DNA from: a virus
Lineage: Duplodnaviria > Caudoviricetes
Reading direction: 5' to 3' (one strand)
IMG/VR virus record: IMGVR_UViG_3300035148_000271
Coordinates: 1 to 63,853 of that record
DNA: 63,853 nucleotides
A program made the translations under genes and the position numbers. Within the stretch, counting starts at the first letter, position 1; every line of letters begins with the position of its first letter. Below, piece after piece: positions 17,929 through 27,170 of the stretch. The notes beneath the pieces are model-generated. The model was not told where the DNA came from. It worked only from the letters and a program-made list of their open reading frames with translations, and did no database searches.

Positions 17929-17970
17929 TCGGCCACAGCCCATGCACAGTTCGTGGGCTGTGACAGATCA
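17926..17970 (+). repeat. Early-region hairpin copy 4
   Basis: TGATC..CACAGCCCA-TGCACAGTTCG-TGGGCTGTG..GATCA. Confidence 0.8.
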
Positions 17971-17991
17971 CTGGTTCAACGAGGAGGAAGG

Positions 17992-18255
17992 ATGAAACTG
18001 AAAATCATCGACGCGTCGTACCACCGCAACGGCGTGGCCGGCGAGCCGTTTTGGGCAATCCTATTCGACGATGCCGAGAACGGCCGCATGATCGCCAGCC
18101 TGTTCGTCGACAACGATGCCTACTGCGCCGTCTACAACGTGGACAAGCTGGCGCAAGGCGACATCAGATTCACTCGCAATTCGTGGCGCGGCGACAACTA
18201 TGCGTCCGAACTGCGCCCGTTGCTTCGTGAATATTTCAAGAAGGAAGCCGCATGA
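17992..18255 (+). CDS. Hypothetical protein (87 aa)
   Basis: GAGGAGG RBS; HRNGVAGEPF...WRGDNY. Confidence 0.75.
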   Translation: MKLKIIDASYHRNGVAGEPFWAILFDDAENGRMIASLFVDNDAYCAVYNVDKLAQGDIRFTRNSWRGDNYASELRPLLREYFKKEAA

Positions 18256-18788
18256 AACCGACGACCCGCTTCAGTACCGAGGAAACACTGTTCGTCAAAC
18301 GCATGCTCAAGGCCTGCAAGAAACCGGAGTGGGCCGACAACATGTACGTCGAGACGACCGAGCAAGAGAACGACACCATCGTCTTCAAGGGGACGGGACT
18401 GTCGATTATGAAACTGGTGGTGGATGTCTCCTCGTTCGCCGGCGTGCCGGTCACCGTGAACATGTTCGCGGTGTACGTGGAGAAGGTGTACCCGGCCACG
18501 CGTCACCAACCCGAGGACGTGGACTACGTCGAACTGTGCCGTGACCGCGCCCTGTCGATAGCCCTGAAACGCGCGCTCGTTGCGGAGTACGAGAACGACC
18601 TCGACAACATGATGGATGCCGAGTCGTATGCAATGGACTACGAAGAGAGAAAGGGGGGAAACATGCGCTATCGAGGGTTCCTGATCATCAAAGAAGGAGA
18701 AACCTCTTTCCTCATCAAAGAACTAGGGGTTCGGTGCGGCTCCGCATGGAGTTGCGTGACTTATATCGACGAACACCTTTCTAGCTGA
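18252..18788 (+). CDS. Hypothetical protein (178 aa)
   Basis: ATGA coupling; internal GGGG RBS plus ATG near the C-terminus suggests a possible fusion. Confidence 0.65.
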   Translation: MKPTTRFSTEETLFVKRMLKACKKPEWADNMYVETTEQENDTIVFKGTGLSIMKLVVDVSSFAGVPVTVNMFAVYVEKVYPATRHQPEDVDYVELCRDRALSIALKRALVAEYENDLDNMMDAESYAMDYEERKGGNMRYRGFLIIKEGETSFLIKELGVRCGSAWSCVTYIDEHLSS

Positions 18789-18830
18789 TCAATGACAGCC
18801 CGTTCACAGCGAGCGGGCTGTAGTGGATCA
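18786..18830 (+). repeat. Early-region hairpin copy 5
   Basis: TGATC..ACAGCCCG-TTCACAGCGAG-CGGGCTGT..GATCA. Confidence 0.8.
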
Positions 18831-18847
18831 ACCCAAAGGGAGGAAGC

Positions 18848-19090
18848 ATGACGACAGCCACGATCACGCCCGATCTGAACCGTCGCATGGACAAGTACGA
18901 ACACGGTTCACCGTGGGACCGGGGCAGTGCGGACGCGTGGTACGGGCGCTCTGCCCATCCGCACAAGTACCCGAACGGCACGTACGTTCCGCCGTGCATC
19001 GACCTGCAACCCGGCACCGAGGAGTGGGACGAGTACATGGAGGCCTACAACACCGAACCGTTCAACCAAAAAGATTGGGGGACTGAATGA
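18848..19090 (+). CDS. Hypothetical protein (80 aa)
   Basis: GGAGG RBS; HGSPWDRGSADAWYGR motif seen in phage early proteins. Confidence 0.75.
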   Translation: MTTATITPDLNRRMDKYEHGSPWDRGSADAWYGRSAHPHKYPNGTYVPPCIDLQPGTEEWDEYMEAYNTEPFNQKDWGTE

Positions 19091-19458
19091 GCAAGCAACC
19101 CGGCAAGAGAATGCTGAAGCTGCGCAAGAAGATCGCCGGCTACTTCATCAGCGTGGCCGAAGACTTTGAGTACATCGCGCGGTTTTACGGCGAAGACGGG
19201 CGCAACGGGCTGTGTTACCACCTGTCACGGGCTGTGGATATGGACGACAAGTATATGAACGGAGCGCACAGTGCGGCGATTCAAATCCTGCACTGGCTGT
19301 ACCGCGACGGTCGCCGGGATGCGCGTGCCAAAGAACCGTACTGGTTCGATCACCCGACCGTCCTTGGCCGGCGCATCGTCGCCGCCATCCTCGCCGCCAA
19401 GATGGTCGAGGCCGGCGAGTGCGACTTCATCATCCGAGCGCAGTGCTTTTCCCGTTGA
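19087..19458 (+). CDS. Hypothetical protein (123 aa)
   Basis: ATGA coupling. Confidence 0.6.
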   Translation: MSKQPGKRMLKLRKKIAGYFISVAEDFEYIARFYGEDGRNGLCYHLSRAVDMDDKYMNGAHSAAIQILHWLYRDGRRDARAKEPYWFDHPTVLGRRIVAAILAAKMVEAGECDFIIRAQCFSR

Positions 19459-19666
19459 TCACAGCCTGTCGCTGCTCGCGTTCGTACAGATCGCGGCAGA
19501 ACGGGCCGCAGAAGTGGCCGACGAATTTGCTCGACCACTCCATCTCCCCGCACCAGCAACTGCCTTCCCACGGGAAGTGCGGTTGCATGGTGCGGGCTTT
19601 TTTTATTGCTGCCGCCAGTTCGTGCTCGATCCGGTCTTCAGCGGCGTCGACTTCATCCATGCCCAA
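19430..19666 (-). CDS. DksA/TraR-like C4 zinc-finger protein (78 aa)
   Basis: N-terminal D-x-x-D-x-A helix plus CxC...CxxxC. Confidence 0.55.
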   Translation of the reverse strand: MGMDEVDAAEDRIEHELAAAIKKARTMQPHFPWEGSCWCGEMEWSSKFVGHFCGPFCRDLYEREQRQAVINGKSTALG

Positions 19667-20018
19667 TCTCCTCCACCGAGAACCCTCCCCCGTCCTTCTT
19701 CGCCCGCTTGCGAACGAGGAAGAACCGGAAAGGGAACAACTCGGCCGCCACCTTGATCTTGACGTTGGCGTCGTCGCGCATGAAGCCCTTCACCTCATGC
19801 ATTTCCAGCACGCCATCGGCGGCCATCACGTTGAAGTCCGGGGTGTAGCGGGTGTCCTTGGCGAGCACCAGTGTCATGCTCTGGAACTGATGCCACAGCA
19901 CAGTGCCAGCCTGTTGCCGATCAATCAGGGCACGCTCGTATTCCGCTTCGGTCTTGTTGCGCTCGCCTCGCTTCAGTCTGCCGAGCGCGAAGTCGCGGTT
20001 GCCGAATCGCCGCTTCAT
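19653..20018 (-). CDS. PD-(D/E)XK endonuclease (DUF1064-like, 121 aa)
   Basis: RYTPDF...HEVKG. Confidence 0.8.
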   Translation of the reverse strand: MKRRFGNRDFALGRLKRGERNKTEAEYERALIDRQQAGTVLWHQFQSMTLVLAKDTRYTPDFNVMAADGVLEMHEVKGFMRDDANVKIKVAAELFPFRFFLVRKRAKKDGGGFSVEEIGHG

Positions 20019-20803
20019 TTAGCCCACTGCCGGGCCGGCCGGCGCTTGGACACTAGAAACTGTTCGTGCGTCATTGCGCCTTTGCGCAAATTGCACCGAG
20101 CGCAGGTCAGGTGCAGGTTCTCTGGATCGTTCGTGCCGCCGGCCGCAATCGGCAATTTGTGGTCGATGTGATACCCATCTTCGATAGGAACTGCGCAATA
20201 CGAACACAGCCCATCCTGTTCGACCAACATCTTCCGAACAGCCGCCGCTGTTGGCGGCTTTCCAGCGGCGCGTTCTTTCTGCCGTCGCGCTTGATTCTGA
20301 CGCAGCTTGTTTGCCAGCAACTCTTCCGGGGTCAGCCGATACGCTTCTCGGTAAGGTTTCTTTCGGCCGCCGTTGCGCTCCGCGAACCACTCGGCATTAC
20401 ACGGCTTGCAGTGCGAGTGCGGAACTGAGTAGCGTGTCCCGTCGCTTCGCTTGCGCGAGGCTTTAACGAATAGCTCAAGAGGCTTCCACTGCCGGCAACG
20501 CGAACAACGTGCCGACCCATCCTTAACTCGTTTTTGACTTTTAACCGCATCCCGACAGGACATGCTACAAAACTTCTGCGCCGGCTCCCATGGCCGAAAC
20601 GTCTTGCCGCAGTTGGCACATACCTTTTCCTTGCAGCCCTTCTTCAGGTGCGGCGTCGTTCGTTTCCACTCGACCATGCAGGCCTTGCACCACGTATGCA
20701 GACCATCCTTGGCGCGTGAAGAACGATAGAAGTCAGCGGCCGGCTTAACGGCCTTGCACCGACAGCACTTCTTTTCAACAGCCGAGGTCACTCCGCATTC
20801 CAT
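20015..20803 (-). CDS. HNH endonuclease with multiple Cys zinc-finger modules
   Basis: CSYC...HIDHKLP..GG.N...NL...C..CN..KG; several CxxC pairs; more AT-rich codon usage. Confidence 0.9.
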   Translation of the reverse strand: MECGVTSAVEKKCCRCKAVKPAADFYRSSRAKDGLHTWCKACMVEWKRTTPHLKKGCKEKVCANCGKTFRPWEPAQKFCSMSCRDAVKSQKRVKDGSARCSRCRQWKPLELFVKASRKRSDGTRYSVPHSHCKPCNAEWFAERNGGRKKPYREAYRLTPEELLANKLRQNQARRQKERAAGKPPTAAAVRKMLVEQDGLCSYCAVPIEDGYHIDHKLPIAAGGTNDPENLHLTCARCNLRKGAMTHEQFLVSKRRPARQWAK

Positions 20804-21030
20804 TCGGTAATGGTGTGCTGGACCGGCACCAGCACCTCTTCGGTTACCACCAGCAACACCTTATCGAACACGCCCGCCTTGCCAGCCGCAACAGTCTTGG
20901 CGTACTCGCGCGGATCGACAATGTTGCGATCCATCTCGTACCACTCCTGATGCCGCTGGCCAAGATGGACATTGCCGGCCCTGTCTTGCACGTCACGGCT
21001 GGTTTCGCACAGAATGAAGTAGCGGCTCAT
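20788..21030 (-). CDS. Hypothetical protein (80 aa)
   Basis: Coupled ORF. Confidence 0.55.
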   Translation of the reverse strand: MSRYFILCETSRDVQDRAGNVHLGQRHQEWYEMDRNIVDPREYAKTVAAGKAGVFDKVLLVVTEEVLVPVQHTITEWNAE

Positions 21031-21476
21031 AGCGGACTGTTCACTGCTTTGCGGTACTCGTTGAAGGGCAGGACAATCTCCTGCACGAAGCGCTGGCCGA
21101 GCTTGGCGTCATGGTCAAACTCCGACCGACTGTTGATCTGGTACTTCGACAGCAGGAACACACGTGCGCCGTCCTCGCTATGGATGTCATCGAACGAACG
21201 CTCGCTCGCCCACTGCCAGAACTGATCGTCCTTGCACAGCATGGCCGCGACCTGCGACAGCGTGGGCTGTGTCGGTTCCTTGACTGTCTCGTCATCGTTC
21301 AACTGGTACAGCACGCACACGAACCGCTGGCCGGCTTGTTTTCCGGCCTTGACGGTGAACCGTTTGAGCGGATGTTCTTCCTGCTGTTCGTCGAACAGGA
21401 AGGTTCCCGTCCGCCCCCGCTGGCTGCTCTCGCTCCACCCGAGCAGCATCACTTCGCCCCTGAATGCCTCGTTCAT
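21027..21476 (-). CDS. Hypothetical protein (149 aa)
   Basis: GGAG upstream; AAMLCKDDQFWQW motif. Confidence 0.7.
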   Translation of the reverse strand: MNEAFRGEVMLLGWSESSQRGRTGTFLFDEQQEEHPLKRFTVKAGKQAGQRFVCVLYQLNDDETVKEPTQPTLSQVAAMLCKDDQFWQWASERSFDDIHSEDGARVFLLSKYQINSRSEFDHDAKLGQRFVQEIVLPFNEYRKAVNSPL

Positions 21477-21852
21477 GCGCCTTCTCCGTGAATGTGCGTT
21501 TGAGCGACGGTGGGCCGAGCGGATTAGGAAGCGTCCCGATCAGTCCCTGCCGTTGCCTTGCCCGATGCCGCGCCTTGCGTTGAGCCACGGTCATTTTCTG
21601 TTTCTTCTTGTCCTTGCCATCGCCCCATGCGAACACCGCCAGCATGTCGCGGTTGAACCGATCCTTCTCCCACTCGCAGACGTACAACAGTTTCTCCCGC
21701 CGCATCGCGTTGATGTAGTTGCGCAGGGTGTTGTAATGCAGGCCGGTGGCGTCGTGCAGTTCCCAGTAGGTGCAGGGACCATCGCGCAGGGCCGCCAGCA
21801 GCTTGGCCAACGCGACGGCGTTGACCTTGTACGACTTCTTGCCGCCGTTCAT
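21292..21852 (-). CDS. Winged-HTH DNA-binding protein
   Basis: TYWELHDATGLHYNTLRNYI HTH; start at ATG 21852; C-terminus overlaps the next gene and is uncertain. Confidence 0.6.
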   Translation of the reverse strand: MNGGKKSYKVNAVALAKLLAALRDGPCTYWELHDATGLHYNTLRNYINAMRREKLLYVCEWEKDRFNRDMLAVFAWGDGKDKKKQKMTVAQRKARHRARQRQGLIGTLPNPLGPPSLKRTFTEKAHERGIQGRSDAARVEREQPAGADGNLPVRRTAGRTSAQTVHRQGRKTSRPAVRVRAVPVER

Positions 21853-22070
21853 CGCCGGCCTTTCTTCTTCTTCATCTTGTCCGGGTCGATCCACGGCAGC
21901 GGGGTGATGTTGGTGCCGCCGATGGGCTGGCCCCACTCCTCGTCCCCGAGCTTCAGGTAGGTCACCCGACAGCCGGGAAACTGTTCGTGACAGGCGTCGA
22001 TCACAGCCGCGAGTTCAGGATTCTCAGCCCGCGCACGCCGGTACAGGTTCTTCTTTTCCTCCAGCGTCAT
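21849..22070 (-). CDS. Hypothetical protein (73 aa)
   Basis: ATG 22070; ATGA-type coupling with the downstream gene. Confidence 0.5.
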   Translation of the reverse strand: MTLEEKKNLYRRARAENPELAAVIDACHEQFPGCRVTYLKLGDEEWGQPIGGTNITPLPWIDPDKMKKKKGRR

Positions 22071-23016
22071 CGAAGCTATCGGTGCGGACACAGACTTCCT
22101 CCAGTTCCAGTTCGTAGCGCTTGGGTGACAGGCCGGCACGCTCCACGTAGGACATCGACTCCTTGTGGAACCACAGTCCGATGCGCCCTTCCCACTCGCC
22201 GTTCCTCTGCTTGTCGATGTTCAGTATCTCGTCCGGTTCGGCCATCGCCTTGGCGTCGGTCGGATTGGTGGCGAGCGCATGTTCCTTGCGCTTGTTGCGC
22301 CAGCATGTGATCCAGTTGTCCGCCATGTCGCTGATCGCGCCCGATCCCTTGCCGTCGAACTTGGACGGGATCGACAGTTCGTTCTCGCCCTTGCGGACAT
22401 GGTGAATCACATGCACGTGGATGTTCAGGTCGCGGGCCATGGCGGTGGCCTGATCCATGAAGTCCTTCTGCCCGTTGTAATCGTCCTCGCCCCGGCAGAC
22501 CTTCATCAACGAGTCGATGAAGAAGTGGCGGACCTTGTGGGAAGCGTGGGAGAAGCGGGCGGCACCGAGGATCAACTGTGGTTCGGCTGTGCCGAGGTGG
22601 TCGAAGATGTAAAGCTTGCGGTCCATCCAGCCGAGGAACTGCTTGATGTACTGGACCGAGGGTTCAGCCAGCCCGGAGGCCTGTCGCACCATGCGCCACA
22701 TGGTCCGGCGCGGCTGCATTTCGAGGGAAGCGATGCAGGGCTTGGCCCCGTTCCATGCCAGATCGAGGGCGACCTGACTGGTGATCATCGACTTGCCGTG
22801 GCCGTTGATCCCGCACCAGACCGTGACTTCCCCGGGGCGGAACTTGAACAGGCCGTGCGTCTTGGGCCATGGCATCAGGTCGCCTTCGTCGCGGCTGTCC
22901 CCGTAGAACATGTCGATGACACTGGCTGTGATCTTCGCCGGTGAATCCAGCCGGTAGTCACTGTTTGGTTCCGCCAGATAACGTCCAAGGTCGAAGTTGT
23001 CACTGATCAATTCCAC
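22024..23016 (-). CDS. DnaB-like (SF4) replicative helicase (330 aa)
   Basis: Walker A GINGHGKS, SLEM, FFIDSL, HHVRK, KGSGAI, KQRNG. Confidence 0.9.
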   Translation of the reverse strand: MELISDNFDLGRYLAEPNSDYRLDSPAKITASVIDMFYGDSRDEGDLMPWPKTHGLFKFRPGEVTVWCGINGHGKSMITSQVALDLAWNGAKPCIASLEMQPRRTMWRMVRQASGLAEPSVQYIKQFLGWMDRKLYIFDHLGTAEPQLILGAARFSHASHKVRHFFIDSLMKVCRGEDDYNGQKDFMDQATAMARDLNIHVHVIHHVRKGENELSIPSKFDGKGSGAISDMADNWITCWRNKRKEHALATNPTDAKAMAEPDEILNIDKQRNGEWEGRIGLWFHKESMSYVERAGLSPKRYELELEEVCVRTDSFDDAGGKEEPVPACAG

Positions 23017-23446
23017 GGAAAGTTGCCCCTAGTTCTTGTTGGTTGTTGGCCAGCAGACGACCAAAGCGGTCGCTCTGCCAGCGGGTCCATGTGATGGTGT
23101 CGACGGCATCGGCGCGGGTGCGGACCACGCCGCGAGCGTCAACCGATGTTGCGGGATAAATCCATGCGCCACGTTGCGTTGAGACATGCCAGACGTGGCA
23201 TTCGCCATGCAGCGCGTGCGCTGTGATCGGGGCCAGATCGGCGGCGGTGCCCAGTCCATGGTCGATCAACGCACAGACGCGCAGTTCCTTGACGACGCGC
23301 CAGTCGTAGGTCCGACCGGGGGTCGCGTACAGGGTGAAGTTGGATACGGGAAGGGTGCCAACAAACGAGACTAGGATCAGCCCCGCCGGCACCTTTTTTT
23401 GTTTCCGCAAATCCAGCAGCGCCCGGCCGTTGCCGAGACTGCTCAT
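23000..23446 (-). CDS. Hypothetical protein (148 aa)
   Basis: ATGA coupling with the upstream gene. Confidence 0.55.
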   Translation of the reverse strand: MSSLGNGRALLDLRKQKKVPAGLILVSFVGTLPVSNFTLYATPGRTYDWRVVKELRVCALIDHGLGTAADLAPITAHALHGECHVWHVSTQRGAWIYPATSVDARGVVRTRADAVDTITWTRWQSDRFGRLLANNQQELGATFRGIDQ

Positions 23447-23862
23447 ACGATCTGCGCCAGCGTCTGCTGCGGTTCCACGCCGGTCCAGCGCTTCTGGTTC
23501 ACGAAGGTGGTGACCAGCGGGCAGTACTTGAAGTTGTCCTTCGCCCACTTCGGCAGTTCGGCGTGGATGTAGGTGCGAATCTCTTCCCAGTCCTTGTCCA
23601 GATTGGCGGACTTCCACTTGGCCAGCACCATGGCCTTGGCCAGCCGGCGTTCAGCCGGATACAGGCTCCAGAAGGCGTCGAAGTGCAGGGTGGAGCCGAC
23701 CGCCTTGGGCTTCGGTTCGGAACGCTTGGCGGGGCTGGCAAGCGCCTTGGCGAAGGCTTCCAGCAGGGCGGTGAGTTCGGCGTCCGGGATTTCGAGGCTG
23801 AGTGTGCCGACGTTGGGCGGACCGTCCTCGTCCTGCCACGTGGCCTTGATGCTGAGTTTCAT
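23443..23862 (-). CDS. Replication initiator-like protein (C-terminal domain only, 139 aa)
   Basis: FDAFWSLYP...AK..W...TFVNQKRW pattern of phage replisome-organiser C-termini; GAGGG RBS. Confidence 0.65.
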   Translation of the reverse strand: MKLSIKATWQDEDGPPNVGTLSLEIPDAELTALLEAFAKALASPAKRSEPKPKAVGSTLHFDAFWSLYPAERRLAKAMVLAKWKSANLDKDWEEIRTYIHAELPKWAKDNFKYCPLVTTFVNQKRWTGVEPQQTLAQIV

Positions 23863-24221
23863 TCTTCCCTCGTTCGTGACGGCTTGTTCTGGGGAAGAAC
23901 TGTAGGCGGCTAGGGAACGACTGGCAACTGTTGGGAGTGACTGTTGTCCGGCTGTTCTGGCGGGTTGTGCAGATGGATGCCCGCCGCACCCTTTGAAGTC
24001 CGATCCGCCTGTTGACCGGCAGCCGTCTGCGCGCGACTCGCAGTAACAACCCCTCGGCGTTGCCGTCCTGAACGGGTGGGGGCGTCTCTATCACTTCGTA
24101 GGTTGTTTGGTTCCTTTCTTTTCCCCTCCGCTTCGCTCCGGGGGTGTGTGTTTTCTTCAACCCCAAACCCCAACTGCAAACCCCCCCGACCCCCCCTTTC
24201 GTCATGTGAAAGGGGAGGCCC

Positions 24222-24332
24222 AAACAAAAAGCCCTGACTGCTGCGCTCCGGGTTACGGCCGGAACCCCTTACGGGGCGCTGCGCATGAGTCAGGGCTTTC
24301 AGAAGCCTACACCGATCCCGTAACGATCAGCG
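24222..24332 (-). promoter_or_regulatory. Structured RNA element (branched terminator plus kissing-loop partner hairpin)
   Basis: 12-bp stem AAAGCCCTGACT/AGTCAGGGCTTT with U-tract; loops CCGTAAC and GTTACGG are complementary. Confidence 0.65.
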
Positions 24333-24340
24333 GGCGAACA

Positions 24341-24649
24341 TTACTCGACGGCTTCCTTTTCGGTCAAGCGTTCCTTCTTGCTGTTCAAACGACGCTTCAC
24401 AAATTCCCAGTCAATTTCGTTGCCGCCCTCGATCAACTGGCGGAAGTCGAGTTGCCCCCGGCTGGCTTTGTCTAGCCCGACGGCGATCTTCATTTTGAAA
24501 GTGGGGAGTTCGTCGGGCGGGGTCAAATAGACCCTCTTGGCGATATAGGCCAGCGGACTACCGGTGTGCTGGCGAATGAAGGCATCCCGCACTTCATGCG
24601 GCACCGACAGGATGAAAGCCTTGAGCTTGTTGGACACGTTCGTACTCAC
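24341..24649 (-). CDS. Cro/YdaS-like transcriptional regulator (102 aa)
   Basis: First gene of the leftward replication operon; AVGLDKASRGQL resembles Cro/YdaS C-terminal helix. Confidence 0.5.
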   Translation of the reverse strand: MSTNVSNKLKAFILSVPHEVRDAFIRQHTGSPLAYIAKRVYLTPPDELPTFKMKIAVGLDKASRGQLDFRQLIEGGNEIDWEFVKRRLNSKKERLTEKEAVE

Positions 24650-24773
24650 TGTTTGGAAACACAGCCGCCAACATACGGCGCTCCCGAAGGTGGGTCAACC
24701 GCAACCGAAAGGTCTGGCTGTTCAGGCTGTTAGCCGACTGTGCAGCCTCTGAGCAACAACAACTAAAAGGTAC

Positions 24774-24802
24774 TTGACAGGTAGGTGGTAGGGGATCATA
24801 GT
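24774..24802 (+). promoter_or_regulatory. Sigma70-type promoter
   Basis: TTGACA-N17-CATAGT at the divergence point. Confidence 0.7.
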
Positions 24803-24834
24803 TCGATCCAACAAGAAACCAAACGGAAACGCGA

Positions 24835-25026
24835 ATGACAGCAACCGACCGAGACAGTCAAGCCTTCCGGAACGAACTGAAGCGGCGCATGGCCCAGCGG
24901 TACTTGGAGGAACGGGGGCTGAAGCCCATCGCCATTGGCTGTGCCTACGCCCGCCCCTACACCCCGCCCGAAATGGGCCGGGATGCCGAACAACTCCAGC
25001 GGATTCTGCTGATCAAGCATGACTGA
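24835..25026 (+). CDS. Hypothetical protein (63 aa)
   Basis: First ORF after the promoter. Confidence 0.5.
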   Translation: MTATDRDSQAFRNELKRRMAQRYLEERGLKPIAIGCAYARPYTPPEMGRDAEQLQRILLIKHD

Positions 25027-25111
25027 CGAATGGATGGACCCCGACCGGGGCGATTGGCGGCAACAGGAAGACAACGAAGCACAACGATTTCACAACGAGA
25101 AAGGACGCACC

Positions 25112-25717
25112 ATGGGATTCAAGGTCAGCAACAAAGGCGGCGGGGATTTCGAGCAACCGCCGGCCGGCAACCACATCGCCCGCTGCATTCGGGTGGTCGA
25201 CCTCGGTACGCAAAAGACCGAGTGGAAGGGCAAGCAGAAGCTGGTCCGCAAGATGTTCATCGGCTGGGAATTGCTCGGCACGACCATGGAAGACGGCCGG
25301 CCGTTCATCACCACGCAGCGCTACACGGCCAGCCTCGGTGACAAGGCCAAGCTGCGGGCCGATCTGGAAAGCTGGCGCGGCATGGCGTTCACGCCGCAGC
25401 AACTGGAAGGGTTCGACCTGAAGAACATCCTTGGCAAGCCCTGCATGGTCAACCTCGTTCCCTCGGACGACGGCAAGTACATGAACGTGAAAGCGATCAC
25501 GCCGCTGCCCTCGGGCATCACGGCACCGGCGGCGGAAAACGAGGCGTACCTGTTCAGCCTCGACGAGTTCGACGCGACCGTCTTCGCCAAGCTGAGTGAG
25601 CGTGTGCAGGAAACCATCAAGGCGTCCCCGGAGTATCAGGAACTGACGACCGGCCACAAGCCGGACGATCCGCATCCCGATCACGACGATGACGACGACG
25701 ACTCGATTCCGTTCTGA
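25112..25717 (+). CDS. Phage single-stranded DNA-binding-like protein (201 aa; possible upstream start 25019)
   Basis: ARCIRVVDLGTQ N-terminus and acidic SSB-type tail DDDDDDSIPF; AAGGA RBS. Confidence 0.75.
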   Translation: MGFKVSNKGGGDFEQPPAGNHIARCIRVVDLGTQKTEWKGKQKLVRKMFIGWELLGTTMEDGRPFITTQRYTASLGDKAKLRADLESWRGMAFTPQQLEGFDLKNILGKPCMVNLVPSDDGKYMNVKAITPLPSGITAPAAENEAYLFSLDEFDATVFAKLSERVQETIKASPEYQELTTGHKPDDPHPDHDDDDDDSIPF

Positions 25718-25727
25718 GAGGCCGACC

Positions 25728-25952
25728 ATGTTCAAGATCGAGAAGAACATCCCGCTGCCTAGCGGCGGGGCCGGCGGCAAGGAATCCAAGTACCCGTTCA
25801 TGCAGATGGAAATCGGGGACTCGTTCCAAGCGCCGGACGAGCAGCGCAACGCCATCCGGTCGATGGCCACGTACCACACCCGCAAGCACAAGATGCGCTT
25901 CATCGTCCGCAAGGACGGCGAGGCCCACGTCCGAATCTGGCGGGTCGCCTAA
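25728..25952 (+). CDS. Small putative DNA-binding protein (74 aa)
   Basis: IEKNIPLP...KYPF..MEIGDSF...RIWR motif; GAGG RBS. Confidence 0.7.
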   Translation: MFKIEKNIPLPSGGAGGKESKYPFMQMEIGDSFQAPDEQRNAIRSMATYHTRKHKMRFIVRKDGEAHVRIWRVA

Positions 25953-25987
25953 CAGTTCAACAACAGCCCAAGGGAAAAGAAGGAATC

Positions 25988-26848
25988 ATGGACACTCAAC
26001 TGCAACTCGAAACGATCAACCCGAAGAAGGCGGAATCCTTCCTGAACCACAACAAGGTCAACCGCAAGCTGCGCGATGGCGTGGTCGAGAAGTACGCGGC
26101 TGACATGAGCGATGGGCGCTGGACGCAGTGCCCGGTGCCCATCGTGTTCTACGACGACGGCGACATCGCAGACGGTCAGCACCGCCTGTGGGCCGTCATC
26201 GAATCGAAGACCACGCAGAAGTTCTACGTGATGCGTGGCCTGCCCCGCGAGGCCGGCCTGAACATCGACCGGGGACTGGGTCGCAGCATCGTCGACAACG
26301 CCAAGATCAGCGGGCTGGACGACGGGCTGAACAACGAACTGCTGGCCGTGGGCCGTGCCTTCGCCATGGGCGAGCGGGTTAGCAAGGGCTTGAGTGCGGC
26401 TCACTGGCTCGAATTGCTGGCCGTGGGACGGGATCACTGCGAGTGGGCCGTGAGCAACGGACCGCGCGGCAAGTACCTGCGCAACAACATGATCCTTGCC
26501 GCCCTTGCTCGCGCCCACGCGCATGGCGAGCACCCGGACAAGCTGAAACGCTTCGCGGAAGTGCTGAGCAAGGGCTTCGCGGACGGCGAGCATGAGACGG
26601 CCGCCGTGTCGCTGCGCAACTACCTGATCAGCAAGGGCAGCATGGCGTCGTCCTCGGCGCTGTGGCGCGACAGCTTCCTGAAGGTGCAGAACGCGATCCA
26701 TGCGTTCGTTCACGACCGCAAGCTCACCCTCATCAAGAAGGTGAGCGACGAGGCCTATCCGCTGCCACAGCAGAAGGCGACTGTGGTTCCGACTGTGAAA
26801 CCTGCCAAGAAAGGGAAAGCCAATGGCAAGCGAGCAGCTAAGTCTTGA
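25988..26848 (+). CDS. ParB/Srx-like (DGQHR) domain protein (286 aa)
   Basis: N-x-x-NR...YAADM..G.W...DGQHRL. Confidence 0.75.
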   Translation: MDTQLQLETINPKKAESFLNHNKVNRKLRDGVVEKYAADMSDGRWTQCPVPIVFYDDGDIADGQHRLWAVIESKTTQKFYVMRGLPREAGLNIDRGLGRSIVDNAKISGLDDGLNNELLAVGRAFAMGERVSKGLSAAHWLELLAVGRDHCEWAVSNGPRGKYLRNNMILAALARAHAHGEHPDKLKRFAEVLSKGFADGEHETAAVSLRNYLISKGSMASSSALWRDSFLKVQNAIHAFVHDRKLTLIKKVSDEAYPLPQQKATVVPTVKPAKKGKANGKRAAKS

Positions 26849-27170
26849 ACTGGAACGGAAGGCCCGTGATCGCGGCCAGTCCCGGGTGTCGATCAAGAAC
26901 CCGGACTGGACCGTGGCGGCTGTCACGCAGGCCCGCTGGCTGCGGGCCGTGGCCCTCGGCAAAGGCGACCTCGGGGACTTCCTCGGGGAAGACCTGCGGC
27001 TGGTGATCGGCGCGGAAATCGGCCAGCCCACCCATCCCAATGCGTGGGGGGCGCTGATCATGCGGCTGGCCAAGGAAGGCCTGATCGAGAAGACCGGTGC
27101 CTACCGGCAGATGCGCAGCAAGGGCAGCCATGCCCGTGCAACGCCTGCCTACAGATGGAGGAAACCATGA
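26823..27170 (+). CDS. Hypothetical protein (115 aa)
   Basis: HPNAWGA...SHAR motif; coupled. Confidence 0.7.
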   Translation: MASEQLSLELERKARDRGQSRVSIKNPDWTVAAVTQARWLRAVALGKGDLGDFLGEDLRLVIGAEIGQPTHPNAWGALIMRLAKEGLIEKTGAYRQMRSKGSHARATPAYRWRKP

